Shown: positions 1-11,850 of the stretch, one piece after another
How positions within the stretch are numbered: the first letter of the stretch is position 1
How the letters are laid out: every line of letters starts with the position of its first letter
Source: Diadema antillarum
Lineage: Eukaryota
Length of the DNA stretch: 64,000 nt
Assembly: GCF_040938485.1 (NCBI RefSeq)
Contig: NW_027271233.1
Location: forward strand, 1,116,001-1,180,000
Reading direction: 5' to 3'
The notes under the pieces: model-generated
Told to the model about the DNA's origin: nothing
Seen by the model: only the letters and a program-made list of their open reading frames with translations
The model's database searches: none
Position numbers and translations under genes: made by a program

Positions 1-1416
1 ATTGATGTGGACCACAGCTATTGATGTCTGAGGTGTTAAAGTGCATGGTCTTTATTCATGCAGTGGAACAAGATTTTGTTCTTGTGACCGTGATTTATTA
101 TATTAGCAGCTTTCTGTGAAGTACATGTATTGGAGGAAACTTCCCGTGTAGGTTGATATACAGTTTAGTTTTAGCTGGTTTTGTAAATTGTAAAATATGG
201 ATAGCAAGATATGAAAGTAATATCTACAGCAAAATGATTACATGTAGTTCAAAAGAATCCACTCATAATTCTTCTTTCTCTCTCTCTCTATTGGGCTCGT
301 ATTGATGGCAAGATAATTTATGTTCAGAGAGAGTTGTACATCCTTTACATTAGCAGATTTTACTGAAACTGAAAGTGAAAGATTTATCAGTATGCCACTT
401 ACAATGTAAGTGGATCCTAGGGAAAAAAGAGTTAGATGCAAAACTGTGGAGTGTGTTATTGTGATACATGTATGCTACAGCTTAAAGGTCATGTTTCACA
501 GAATGCCTTACATTGATATGCAGACACTTACACATCAAATACCCATCAATCATGCTTTTCCAAAGGTTCATATACACGTAGGGTCAAGTCATTTGTGTTG
601 AAGAGGAAGACACTTCAAAAATTACAGTTCAACAAACTACAGAAGCACTTTGAGAGCGCAAACTTCCACCAAGTAGCTAATTTCCACCACTGATCTTGTT
701 CTTCCAAAGAGATCAGCGATTCCACCCTTGTGCATGCTGAAAATCGTCTGATTTCCCAATACCTGGTATACGTTTACAACATTACGTGTAGAAGCCTTTT
801 TCTAATAAATGTCGTCAACATCCAGCTGTGCAGCGCACCTCACCCCAGCAGAAACTAGAGCATGCACTTCAGTGCACTTATATGCAAACCTCAAAAAATG
901 CGCAGCTTGGACTCCCAAGTTTATTTGACCCTACCTGCCAAAATATCGAAAATCCTTCATAAAATCCAGCAAAATTCCTGGATCACTACCAAAATTGAAT
1001 CATCTGTTCCTTGTGTCATTCTCAACCTGTTCTGTAAGTTTCATCTAAATCTGTTGTTTAGTTATTTTACACACAAACAAACCAACAAACAAACCAACTA
1101 ACAAACAACTGCGATGAAGACATTTGACCTTCTCCCTAGTCAGAGGTAATTATGTGAAATATATGTCATCCAAATGCTGAAACTACAGTGTAGGCAGAAC
1201 AAGCTGAAATATCATGTACAATATATCAAGTATTTATAAAGTACTAAGGCTCAGTATAGAAACCAAGTAAAAAAGGCGATATAAAATGAAGAGCTGTCAA
1301 GATCGCTTAGCTCATAAATTAAAATCTTATTCAACTACATTGTACATGAAGGAAGTTAGAAAATCAAAGTTATAATTAATCGTGGCAGAAAAGTTGTGCA
1401 TGTCAGGAAAAAAAGA

Positions 1417-1453
<37 letters not shown>

Positions 1454-2875
1454 TATGTTACCCCAGTCAGGTGACATTTTAATGCTGAAGGCTTGGAAAA
1501 AAATCCAACATGTTGGCCATGTGATAAAACATTCTCTTAGTCAAAGTGACACATTTTCATTCTGAACTTGAACTACATGTAGTTATCTGACTTTGCATGT
1601 CTTCGTTATATCAGATAAGAGTAGGCAAACTCTAGTATGACCTCTCACCACAAATGCCTGGATTAGTCACCAGATATCCATTCTGATATGTGATATTGTT
1701 ATAGTCTAATTCTCCAGACGCAAAACTCTAAAGTGATTTATAATTTGTCCAACCTTATATCTGAAAACTAACTGCACAAGCTGTTAAAAACCAGCCACCA
1801 ATAAGACAATCATTGTTTACAGGAAACCAGCTCTGAAGGTTCTTCTTTGAAGATTAATGCGACAAAGCGTGTACGGCACATAATTTTCTAACAACGTACA
1901 GGAGTAACATGTCTTATATATTGCACAATTTTGTTAAAATCTAAAACATTGATACACATTGAATTAATGACAACTGGTCATGAAAATGGCATCTATTTGG
2001 TTTTCAAAAGAAAAAAAAAATCAACAACATGGCTATTCCTTTTTGCAGCCGATTCTTATTATCAATTTGCAATCTCGTAATTTCTGATGCCTGCTTGTGC
2101 AAGTTTACCAGAATACTACAACAGAATAGAAGACTAACGGGTCACAGATGCATGGGTGAACATTCCTGTTTGCTTCTCAAGTGTCTGTAAACACATTAAG
2201 TAATCTCACATTCATCTCGGGATTTGGGAATGTTTGTACTACAGACACAAGAAGTAGACATGATTCAAGCCGCATGTATTATGTATGCACGCGACTGTGT
2301 CGTATAGTCATATTTCAACTCCGATAACAATAAATATTTTGAGAAGAGTGCAATTGTGGCGGGGAACCCTTGGCATCAGACCAGGGTTTAGCTTGCTCAC
2401 AGGATACTGGTCCTCTTCCTGTATTCAAGGTGCCGCTAGTTGGACTGATGTCCCAGAGCCTGCACTTTGGAACATTTAATAACAGACATTGTTTGCTCAA
2501 CATATCGGGGAGTGCCTGCCATGTCCGCGTTGTGAAATGATAGTTTCGGTTTTTGTCTTCATTTTTTCCCCCCCCTCATGCCAACTGACAACAATGCTCT
2601 TGCAATACATGGTTCTTGGGGAAATTTGAATGCCCATTGTGTTTTAATATGTTGGCAGTCATATATGGTGTCTTTGTGTCTGTGTTGTTTAGCCACTGTA
2701 TGGCAAGGTACTCCACATACAGTAGTTAGCTTATGTTACCAAGTTTTTTTTTTGTCAGCATCCAACAATCCATCTGAACTTGACCTAGTTAAAAAGTTTA
2801 GTAGGAAGCTCACTCGGGTTCAGCAATATACCACAGGCCAAGAGGAAGGTTATGGTGACACAATCGGGTAGATCA

Positions 2876-3013
2876 GGGGGGTGTTTCATCAACGAGTTCG
2901 TCAGAGGTTTTCACCGACAAATTTGCTATCAGCCAATCAGACGCAAGGATTTCAGTAGCTTTTAACAGTTATCAGTGTAAATCACTGACAAAAAGTTTCA
3001 TGAAACGGTCCCC
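2876..3013. mobile_element. Short MITE (GGGG..TTTCAT termini, central AGCCAATCAG)
   Basis: TIR-like GGGGGTGTTTCAT / ATGAAACGGTCCCC; relative at 53112-53269. Confidence 0.65.
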
Positions 3014-3904
3014 AGGTAATCTCTATTCATTGACACCTAGTTTCCAAACGTATTATGTGCTACTCACCCAATTCGGTGAATGAAAGACAGTAAATCATAG
3101 GGTTTAATGTGATGATCTTTTATTGTGTACATTCTGTGTTAAACACAATATAAGTCACGTTCACACTACCGTGTAGTTTTCCTCCCAATAACTTACAGAA
3201 GTTTGAGCATCAGGTCAAACTACAGACAAAATTATGCATAGTTTCAGTGATACCAAACTACCCATGGTTTTGAACTCAAACCGGGAAAAAACTGCAAATG
3301 CACAGCAGTGTACAAAACAAAGCACAATGTGGTAAACCATATGGATGGATCTATTATCACATCACAAACTTCTCGAACTGTCAGCCGCACACGTTCACAC
3401 TACACAAAAGTACCCATACATTTTGTAGTTTCACGAGAAGTGAAAAGCTTATCAGGTGGAGGAAGTTTCACTGGTTACGTCCCGAGAAGTTTGTGGTCAC
3501 ACTGCTCAAACTACGCGAAGTAAAATATCGGGTAGTGAAACAAGGTGTGGTTTCCCGCAGTGTGACTGCACATTGTTAAAGATTTCATGCTTTTAGACAA
3601 AACTACCTGTGTAGCAAGGAAAATGATGATGTTCTATCTGAATATGTGAAGCTAGCCAGGGTGGAAAGAAATATTTTTACATAAATTAAACACAATATGC
3701 AATATTGGAGCAAGAGTGATGACAGTATATAGTGTTTTAAATACACTGTGCTCTAGACTGCACAAGACAATGTAGTTCCTGTATTAAAAGCATATATACT
3801 TTTTATGGTGCATATGGTCCGTTGTTGCATCTACTTTTGTTCATATTGAGTGGAATCAAAATAATTTTACAGTATATTTCCCCTATAATCTTTGGCATGT
3901 ACAG

Positions 3905-6900
3905 CAAGTGCTTGACCGCAGGATACTCCACAACAGCCGAGAGATAGCGGAGTTCCTTGCCATCGATGGCGACGCCCACATTGAGTTCGTGAGGAGACCA
4001 AACCAGACTCCCAGAATAGACAAGGTGAGAGGGGTGATGTAAACATACATTCAAATAAAAAGAAAAAACACAGACAAAATGAAAACAACTTGTATTTAAT
4101 TTTTGAATTCCATTGCCGTATGTAAGAGGACACCCACCTGAAGTCAGTCCTGGAAATTATGCTTTGATGAGAAATTTGTGAGAGAAATTAGAGTGCTGTA
4201 TACAAAGAATGTTTCTGAACAAATCATTGTTTACTTTCAGATATGTTTCGATGTATATAAATATTGTATACCGGTACTCTTTGCTGAAATTTCATTAAAT
4301 GTCAGATGCCATTTGGACCTGTGTTTTTTCAGACATCTGTGCACTACCTCCTGCTTGACCAAGTTGCAGAGAAGGTTGTTAGATCATGTACAAATTGTCT
4401 ATCAACCAAATACAGAGGCATAAACTATTGCTGTGTTTGTTTGTTTTTTTTACAGTATTTTGTACTTTTCCCCCCAATATTCTGTGGGTTTCATGGAGAA
4501 TACTGTCCTTCCTAAATTGTATTATTACACCTCAATTACAAGAAAGGTATAGTAGTTTTCAAACCCCCCCCCCCTCAAAAAAAACCCCAAAGCACCAAAA
4601 TGTGTATAATATGCCTATTCAGTCCTCAGAATACTGTAATGCTCTGTACAAGGTTGACGTCACTGCAGTTAGATTTTGCAGTTTGCCTAGTGTTTTGATT
4701 TCTTCATCAGAAATCTTTGAAAGCTTTTCATTGAATATGACTATAGATTTAACACTGGGGATATGGAAATATAAAGTGTCCTGGTGATTATGGTTTCTCA
4801 ACAGCTGCTGATCCGGCAAGTGACTGGGTTCGTCGGCCAGCTCAAGACCGCCCTCCCGCCGGCAGTCAAGCCCAAGGTAAATGCACCCCCTCCTGCCCCC
4901 CTGCATGCTGCTCCACCCCAGTCCCGATCTGCCAAGCATCAGCGTACAGCCCAGTCACGTGACCGCCGCAATTCTATTGCAGAGAAGCAGACGGGGCAGC
5001 CTGCTCTTGACCAACAGCCCCTCGTTGAAGACGAGTGGGACCTGGGTGTGGTGGACAGTTCGAGCGACAGACTTCTTGGTGTGGATGAAGTCAAAGAGGT
5101 ATTACAAATATATCTGGAAGATACTGTAAGATACTGTATACGCCGAATATTTCGCGAGGTGTTTATTTTCGCGAATTTCGCGAGTCAGCTGCTATTCGCG
5201 AAATTAAAGACACGCGAAAATATTGACTCTAATGCCGAGTATGAATGTGACGCACGCGCATACAATTCTCCATTCAGTACAGGACTCCACGATCACGAAT
5301 TTAACCACTCGCGAAATTGTCGGGAAGTCCCAATTCACGAAAATTTAGACTCGCGAAATATATAGCGTATACAGTACTAAGTATCCATAGGCAGTGGCTC
5401 GTGTTGTGGTTCTTTGTCTTTGTCAAAACATTCCTCAAATGTTCCACTTACACTCTGTTCATAAAATTGGCATTCTAGTAGCATCATCTTTTCTTGTCAG
5501 GTGACTGGTTGTACATCATCCTGACCAAGAGTGCAATTATCGTGCCATGCCTATGTTTGTGTTAACGTACAGCTGCCAACTGTCACACAATCAGCGTGAG
5601 ACTCGCGCAATTCACCAGATTTTAACTGTCTCACTCTGATGAAAGAATTCTCATGCTGAACCCCCAAAACAAAAAAGTTGATGAAAAAAAAAGAAAATCC
5701 TCCAAATTCCCTGGACAATCCGAACATTCAATATGCCCAAGCCAAACTTTTGAGGTTTTCATGCAGGCACACTCTCTCTGTGTACACTGTATGTGTGGGA
5801 AATATTGCTATAGTAGTGCTGCACACTGGCACTAGTCTGATGGTCCTTAACCAGCAAAAATCACTGTCAGACCAGAAACTTTTTCAGGAATGGACCGATA
5901 AACCATGGAAAAAAACTAGGTACTTGATGGTCCGACAGACTGCTTGGACCAGTAGAAAAAAAAGTGGGATTATAAAGTTACTAATATACAGTATGTACTG
6001 TGTACAACATTGCTCCCTTTAAAGTGTAAAATTGTCAAAGGTCCCTACAGTGCAAAGAAGGTGGGGATGGGGGAGAGAAACCCTCACTCCAGGTTGGCAG
6101 CCCCGCAAATATTGATGCCGTGCATTCATTGATGCCCTTTTTTCAAAAGTCCAAGGCTAGTACATGCAATATGATTTTCTCTGTGATCTCTGTGTACGAG
6201 ACCTCGGGTTATGTTTGTGGTTGAGAACAATGCTAACAGTTTCTTATCCAGGACACCGACCTCTTCCTTGGAAGTACAGTATGTGGTTGCAATAAGCTGG
6301 TGAAGTTGAGTATCACTTAGACTTTGAAACTGCAGGGCCATTAAGTAGCCACTAATTACAGTGAATTACCAAGTGGGTAGTTTAATGCTGCTGTACCATG
6401 GCAAAAAGCAGTAAGTGATATGCCAGCCGAATCTGAGGTGTTGATATGTGTAGATTGGACTTTAAAGGACAAGTTCACCTTCATAAACATAAGGATTGAG
6501 AAAATGCAACAATATTAGTAGAGCACATCAGTGAAAGTTTGAGGAAACTTGGACAATCGATGCAAAAGTTATGAATTTTTTAAATTTTTGTGTTGGAACC
6601 GCTGGATGAGGAGACTACTACAGCTTGTGAATCATATGCTTACAACAGTATAAAGAAAATGTAAAAGAAAATTCAACATATTTTCACTTTTTTCGCATAA
6701 TAAAAGAGCACTTGACTTGCCTCTTTCTAAAGGCAGGGGGAATAATATTACCCGTAACATTTGTCGGTAACGAGACAGGGGAATGTGTACTTTTTTCAAA
6801 AGATGGAATTTTGTGAAATTCTCTTTATATTTTCCTTATATTGTTGTACGCATGTGACATCTAAGTTATTCATACACTGCAGTAGTCTTCTCATCCAGCG

Positions 6901-9900
6901 GGTACTGCACAAAAACTTCAAAAATTCATAACTTTTGAACGGATTGTCTGATTTTCCTCAAAATTTCAATGATGTGTTCTACTAATATTGCTACATTCTC
7001 TCAATCTTTATGTTTATGAAGGTGAACTTGTCCTTTAATACCCCGACACATTTTGCCCATATGCCAAGGTTTCACCGTTTGGTAAGGTGTTGTTATGTTG
7101 GACCAATATCGTTTAATGATTCATATACATTTTGCCCACGTATGATAAAAGACTCACTTTTTTTTGTCACATGCTTTCTTGACAGAGTAGGAAGATTCGC
7201 ATTGCATGTTACCAGCAAACACAATTTATGAATGATGTAAAATTCTTTTTTCCCAGTCTGAATTACTACTCTGTGAGGAAATGACAAAATTTTATTTCTT
7301 TCAATTATGTTTGAATATTGAGGCAAAATTGCTGCTTTACCATTTTCTTTTTGTTTATTACTTTGTTGATTGGCATGATCTTTTAACTGTGTGGATTTGT
7401 AGTCAACACAACAAAGTTGGGCAAGATTCTCTGAAAATGATCCTTCACTACCAAAGCTGTAGGCCTACTGGGACGTATTGTAATGCACATTCACATATGT
7501 GTATGATAATAAAGCGTCACTTGCAGTGACCAGGTGACTTACATCAGGCAGACTGTAAAAGTATAAAACTGGAGTCGGACTCCACTTGTGAGCGGGCCGT
7601 CTCTTAAAGTTGTTTACCATCGCGAGCAAAATACATCAGCTCAGTTACAGGCTACTTAATGAGATTAAGATAGGGTTATCAGAGATGACAGCTATTACTT
7701 TTTTTGATGTATTTTGCACAGTTTTTGCCAAAATACAGCAGGACTCAAGGAAAGTGTTGCTCTCTTTGCGCTATGCCCCTAGTCCCACATACAGAAAGCC
7801 ATGCGGCTGTTAGTAGCAGAGAAGCGCCTCGAGCTGGCTCAGTCAGCCCCACTGTCCCCGAACCTGGAGAGTGAGAAGACGTTCCTGGGGCCGCGATCGG
7901 CTGGCGACGGCTCCGACGCTCCCGACGCCCTGCCCAGGGAGGAGGGGGTGGCGACAAAGGAAAGGGGCAAGCTGGGGGCTGGAAATGTCGCCCTCTACCA
8001 GGCAGTGTATGGGGTGCTAAGCGAAGCCCTTTTGACTCAGCAGAGCTTCATTCTGGACAAGAACATGCAGAAGGCATTACAAGTTGGGATTGGAGGGCTG
8101 ATTGATAGGTGAGTAGTGAGTAACCAGGAGAGGACGGTTCTTGGAAAAACGCTGGTTTTTCCCGTCCTTAATCCCTTGAAACATGCCAAGTAAAGCATAT
8201 CAGAGCATTTTAAGGACAAGTTCACTTTCATATCACAAACTATTGTAGTCTCCTCAGTAATCCAGTGATGGTTGCACCAACATTTCAAATATTCATAACT
8301 TTTGAATGGATTATCTGATATTCCTCAAATTTTCACTGATGTGTTCTACTAATAATGCGGCATTCACTCAATCCACACATATACATGTATGAAGGTGAAC
8401 TTGTCCGTGAATGGAACCGTGTGTTAGTTTTGTCTAAAAGCAGCAAAAAGTTGCAAGCCCTGATTTTACACAAGGACTAAAACTAGGGGCCCATTGCATA
8501 AAAGTTACTATTATGGTAACTTTACCATCCAGTGGTAACTACCATGGCAACAATACTCAACAGCCAATCAAAATCAAGAATTCCATGGAAGTTACCATTG
8601 GATGGCAAAGTTACCATAATGGTAACTTTTATGCAACGGGCCCTAGGTGAAGTGGATGGCCCTGGTAAGTTTGTAGTCTTTCATATTTTCCGAAAGAGCC
8701 ATTCTTTTTCTACACTGTACATGATTCAAAAGTTTGGGATCATTATAAAATGAATAGGAAATTGTCTATTGATTCCTCTGCTCTGGTGAACTAATATCAA
8801 AGTGTGCACCACTCATTACATTTTCACCCCAGTTTATAGATCCATATATCTGTTGGAGGATTTTTTTTAGTACTGTCGAAGCCATTGCTGCAACCTCATT
8901 GACGAACCATTTTAGGATTAGGATTAGGGCTAGGGGAAGGGTCCGGGGTAATTGCCCAGGGGGTAACCGCCCTAGACCCCATTTTTATAACATATAGGAA
9001 GAAATGGTTCATCAATGAGGTTGCAGCAGTGGCTTCGACAGTACTAAAAAAACTCCTCCCACAGATATATGGATCTCTAAACTGGAGTGAAAATGTAATG
9101 AGTGATGCACACTTTAATATTAGTTCACCAGAGCAGAGGAATCAATAGACAATTTCCTATTCATTTTATAATGATCCCAAACTTTTGAATCGGGTTAAGA
9201 GCGGTTACCCCCTGGGCAATTACCCCAGACCCTTCCCCTGGCCCTAATCCTAATCCTAATCCTGAACCTAATCCTAAGCCTAACCCAAACTCCTAACCCT
9301 AAACCCAACCCTACCCCTAATCTTTACTCTAACCTTACCACTAACCAGTATTTAACCTGGGGGTAATTGCCCTCCGGGGGTAATTGCCTTGGTACGATAA
9401 AAATGGAATAGGGATTTGTTCTGCATACCACAGTTACTCTAAGACTCATGGTGGAATTTAAAGTAGCTTTTCTGTCAGTTAAGACCATGCGCGATGACTT
9501 TTGCTGTCATGATGTGATGATTATCAGGCTTTAGATGTTTCCATGAGCTTGCTCGAGCCTGGATTTTGTGTTGATTTTTTTAACCCTTTGAGGACGGTTT
9601 GATTTTGTACAACACGCATTTCCCACAGACACCTGCCTGAGTATACTCGGAACTCATCCTCAACGGGTTAAGCACCATCATGTATACTAAAATATTGTGT
9701 GTTTGTGGTGTCCTTCTCCCCCTCTCCCACCCCACCCCCATACCTCCTCCCAGGTGGTTAGAAAATGAGATAGGCCTTCTCTTCACCGAGGCCCAGTGGG
9801 GTTACTACCTCTCGCTGCTCCGAGAACTCTTCTGGCCCGGTGGGATGTGGCGGCCCAAGGAGCGCGAGAGCAAGTCGACGGAGGAGATGCTCCAGACCAA

Positions 9901-11850
9901 ACGTGAGGCCCTGCACGAGCTCACCCACAACGCTGTGTCAGGTACGATGTTATTACTGTTTTCTTTTTGAAGCCAGGCAACATTTTGTACGATCANNNNN
10001 NNNNNNNNNNNNNNNNNNNNNNNNNNNNNNNNNNNNNNNNNNNNNNNNNNNNNNNNNNNNNNNNNNNNNNNNNNNNNNNNNNNNNNNNNNNNNNNNNNNN
10101 NNNNNNNNNNNNNNNNNNNNNNNNNNNNNNNNNNNNNNNNCAACAATAACAATAACAACACCAACACCAATACCACTACCAACAACAACAACAGTGACAA
10201 CGTTTGACATTGCTTTACCTCATTACTGTATCTCCTTTCGTGGACATTGTAAAGCCAGTCAACATATGACAGAAAACGACAATGCTAAAACAGGACCATT
10301 CCTTAGTGAGGAACAATTTTATGTCATCTCGTGCTATCTGTAGCAAACATGATATTCATGTCTCCAGTCCACAGATTATGTGTACAATAGGTCATAAGGC
10401 ATGGCTTTATTTGTCCTACTAATTGATGTCAAGACAACCCCCCCCCCCAAAAAAAAAAAACAAAAAAAAAACCCAAAAACCAAAAAAACCAAAACGAACA
10501 AACAAAAAATAACAAACAGCATTTCGTCTTTAGTTTCTCTACTCTTGGATCACAAGCCAAAATGGCCATTGTTCAAGATATAAAACTCTTACCCAAAGAC
10601 TATCAGCTGATTACGCAGACAGGGAACCCTCATTATAATTAAGATTTTAAAAACCATGATAATTACATGTACCTTGTTATATCAGTTTTTATAATCAGGG
10701 TACAAAAGCAAACAAATATTGAGAGTTTTGTGAGGCAAAATAATCTTGTTGTAAGAAGGTTTTGCTTTCCCTCACTATTATGAGGTTTGGCTCTGGTTAT
10801 GTGAGAGAAGGTGCTCAATTAGTAGTTGGTAGCCATTATAATTATGCAAGGAAATCTTGCCCACTGGAGATGAATAACAGTAGGTCGCCTCTTGTTGCAT
10901 TAGACACACAGCACATAAAAGGGAAGGTCTGAAGTATTAATATATTGTAGAGATGGCCTTGAGCATTGAATGTGTGTTGTCTCCTCCAGTGGGTGTTGGT
11001 GGCTGCATAAGGAGCAAGTGGCTGCTGCAGACAGGTGATCACTATTGCAGGTTTGACCATAAGTTGTCCCATTTCCCGTTTCTACATTTCTAGTTGGCCT
11101 GAGCCTGCTGATAGGGGAGGAGGACCTGACAAAGGGTGTGTCTTTGGTGCTGGATTCCCTACAAGATGCAGAACTCAACAAGTGAGTGAGATAGACAACA
11201 GTCTGTGGGAATACGTACTTGGGTTGGAGGTTATGGGTGCTTCTTAACCCGTTAAGGACGAGTCCCAAGTATACTTGGGCAGATGTCTATGGGAAATGCC
11301 TGTTGTAGCAAGATCAGCCCGTCCTCAACGGGTTAAACATTAAATGTTCTGTAATTGTTTACATTGATGAAGGGCAATTTGTCAATCAGATGCAATAGAA
11401 ATGACTGGATGCAAGCATCTATTCATTAATTTGAAAACTGTGGGAAATGGACACTTGAGGGAAAATGTTGAGTTTTGGATGATTGTGGAAAACATATTTG
11501 TTTAATATGCAATTGTTGAATTAATGTGAGCTGGATTGTTTGCATGTATGCCATATATTTTGTAAGTAAAATATTTCACTGAATGGAGAAGTGCTATCAC
11601 TTAAAAGAAAAAAAAGGAAGTAATTTAGTGATTTACCACCCTGGAATCCCATTTTCTTTGCTCAATTTTCCACTAATAAATCAAAAACACTGCAAAATTT
11701 GTGTTTGTCTATCTTGTGTATTTTTTTTTATCTGTGTTTCCCTGCTCCCACAGACATCTCGTCTTTACATTCCTGGACCATGCCATGGACCAACTTGTGC
11801 CCGAGATCAGCGAACCAAAGTTCCAGGCCTTGCTTGATGCAATGCCATAA
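3905..11850 (+). CDS. SNX19: Sorting nexin 19-like (PX-domain end + Nexin_C), 3' portion; 6 coding exons
   Basis: Exons 3905-4024, 4805-5125, 7783-8108, 9754-9941, 11094-11181, 11754-11850, all AG/GT-bounded with matching phases (0,0,2,1,2). The spliced translation contains ILHNSREIAEFLAIDGDAHIEFVRRPNQTPRIDK-LLIRQVTGFVGQLKTALP, WLENEIGLLFTEAQWGYYLSLLRELFWPGG and LDSLQDAELNKHLVFTFLDHAMDQLVPE. These match my recollection of vertebrate SNX19 (EFLALNTDARIAFVKKP..SRIDK; WLEVQVANLTSPQRWVQYLLLLQESIWPGG; LQQPLINRHLIY). Upstream PXA/PX exons were not found in 1-3900. Confidence 0.9.
5132..5376. mobile_element. MITE (TA-flanked, Tc1/mariner-like)
   Basis: TIRs TACTGTATACGC..ATATTTCGCGAG / CTCGCGAAATAT..GCGTATACAGTA; internal TTCGCGAA repeats. 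Confidence 0.8.
6466..7034. mobile_element. Foldback non-autonomous DNA transposon, TTAA-flanked (Kolobok-like)
   Basis: TTAA|AGGACAAGTTCACCTTCATAAAC ... GTTTATGAAGGTGAACTTGTCCT|TTAA with long inverted arms. Confidence 0.8.
8213..8406. mobile_element. Internally deleted copy of the 6466-7034 family
   Basis: AAGGACAAGTTCAC ... ATGAAGGTGAACTTGTCC termini with part of one arm retained. Confidence 0.7.
8487..8643. mobile_element. Palindromic MITE with 3-bp TAG target duplication (PIF/Harbinger-like)
   Basis: TAG|GGGCCCATTGCATAAAAGTTAC ... GTAACTTTTATGCAACGGGCCC|TAG. Confidence 0.8.
9192..9396. repeat. Element with degenerate telomere-like (CCCTAA/CCTAAT)n core bounded by GGCAATTACCCC / GGGGTAATTGCC inverted motifs
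   Basis: Direct reading of the sequence; the architecture resembles non-autonomous Helentron-type elements (inference). Confidence 0.6.
9580..9671 (-). mobile_element. ~90-bp TTAA-flanked piggyBac-like MITE, copy 1
   Basis: TTAACCCTTTGAGGACG ... CATCCTCAACGGGTTAA; reverse complement aligns to 11244-11336. Confidence 0.8.
9996..10140. other. N run (gap or masked sequence); others at 18274-18429, 44502-44646, 44823-44971
   Basis: Runs of 145-156 N, several abutting simple-repeat sequence. Confidence 0.95.
11244..11336 (+). mobile_element. ~90-bp TTAA-flanked piggyBac-like MITE, copy 2
   Basis: TTAACCCGTTAAGGACG ... CGTCCTCAACGGGTTAA. Confidence 0.8.

Noticed and set aside
695-765. Possible upstream SNX19 exon ending ..SQYL|gtatac; also 2285-2503 and 2578-2871 ORFs
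   Set aside because: None shows PX-domain motifs (RRY.EF..L, .P.K, R...LE.YL) or a convincing acceptor.
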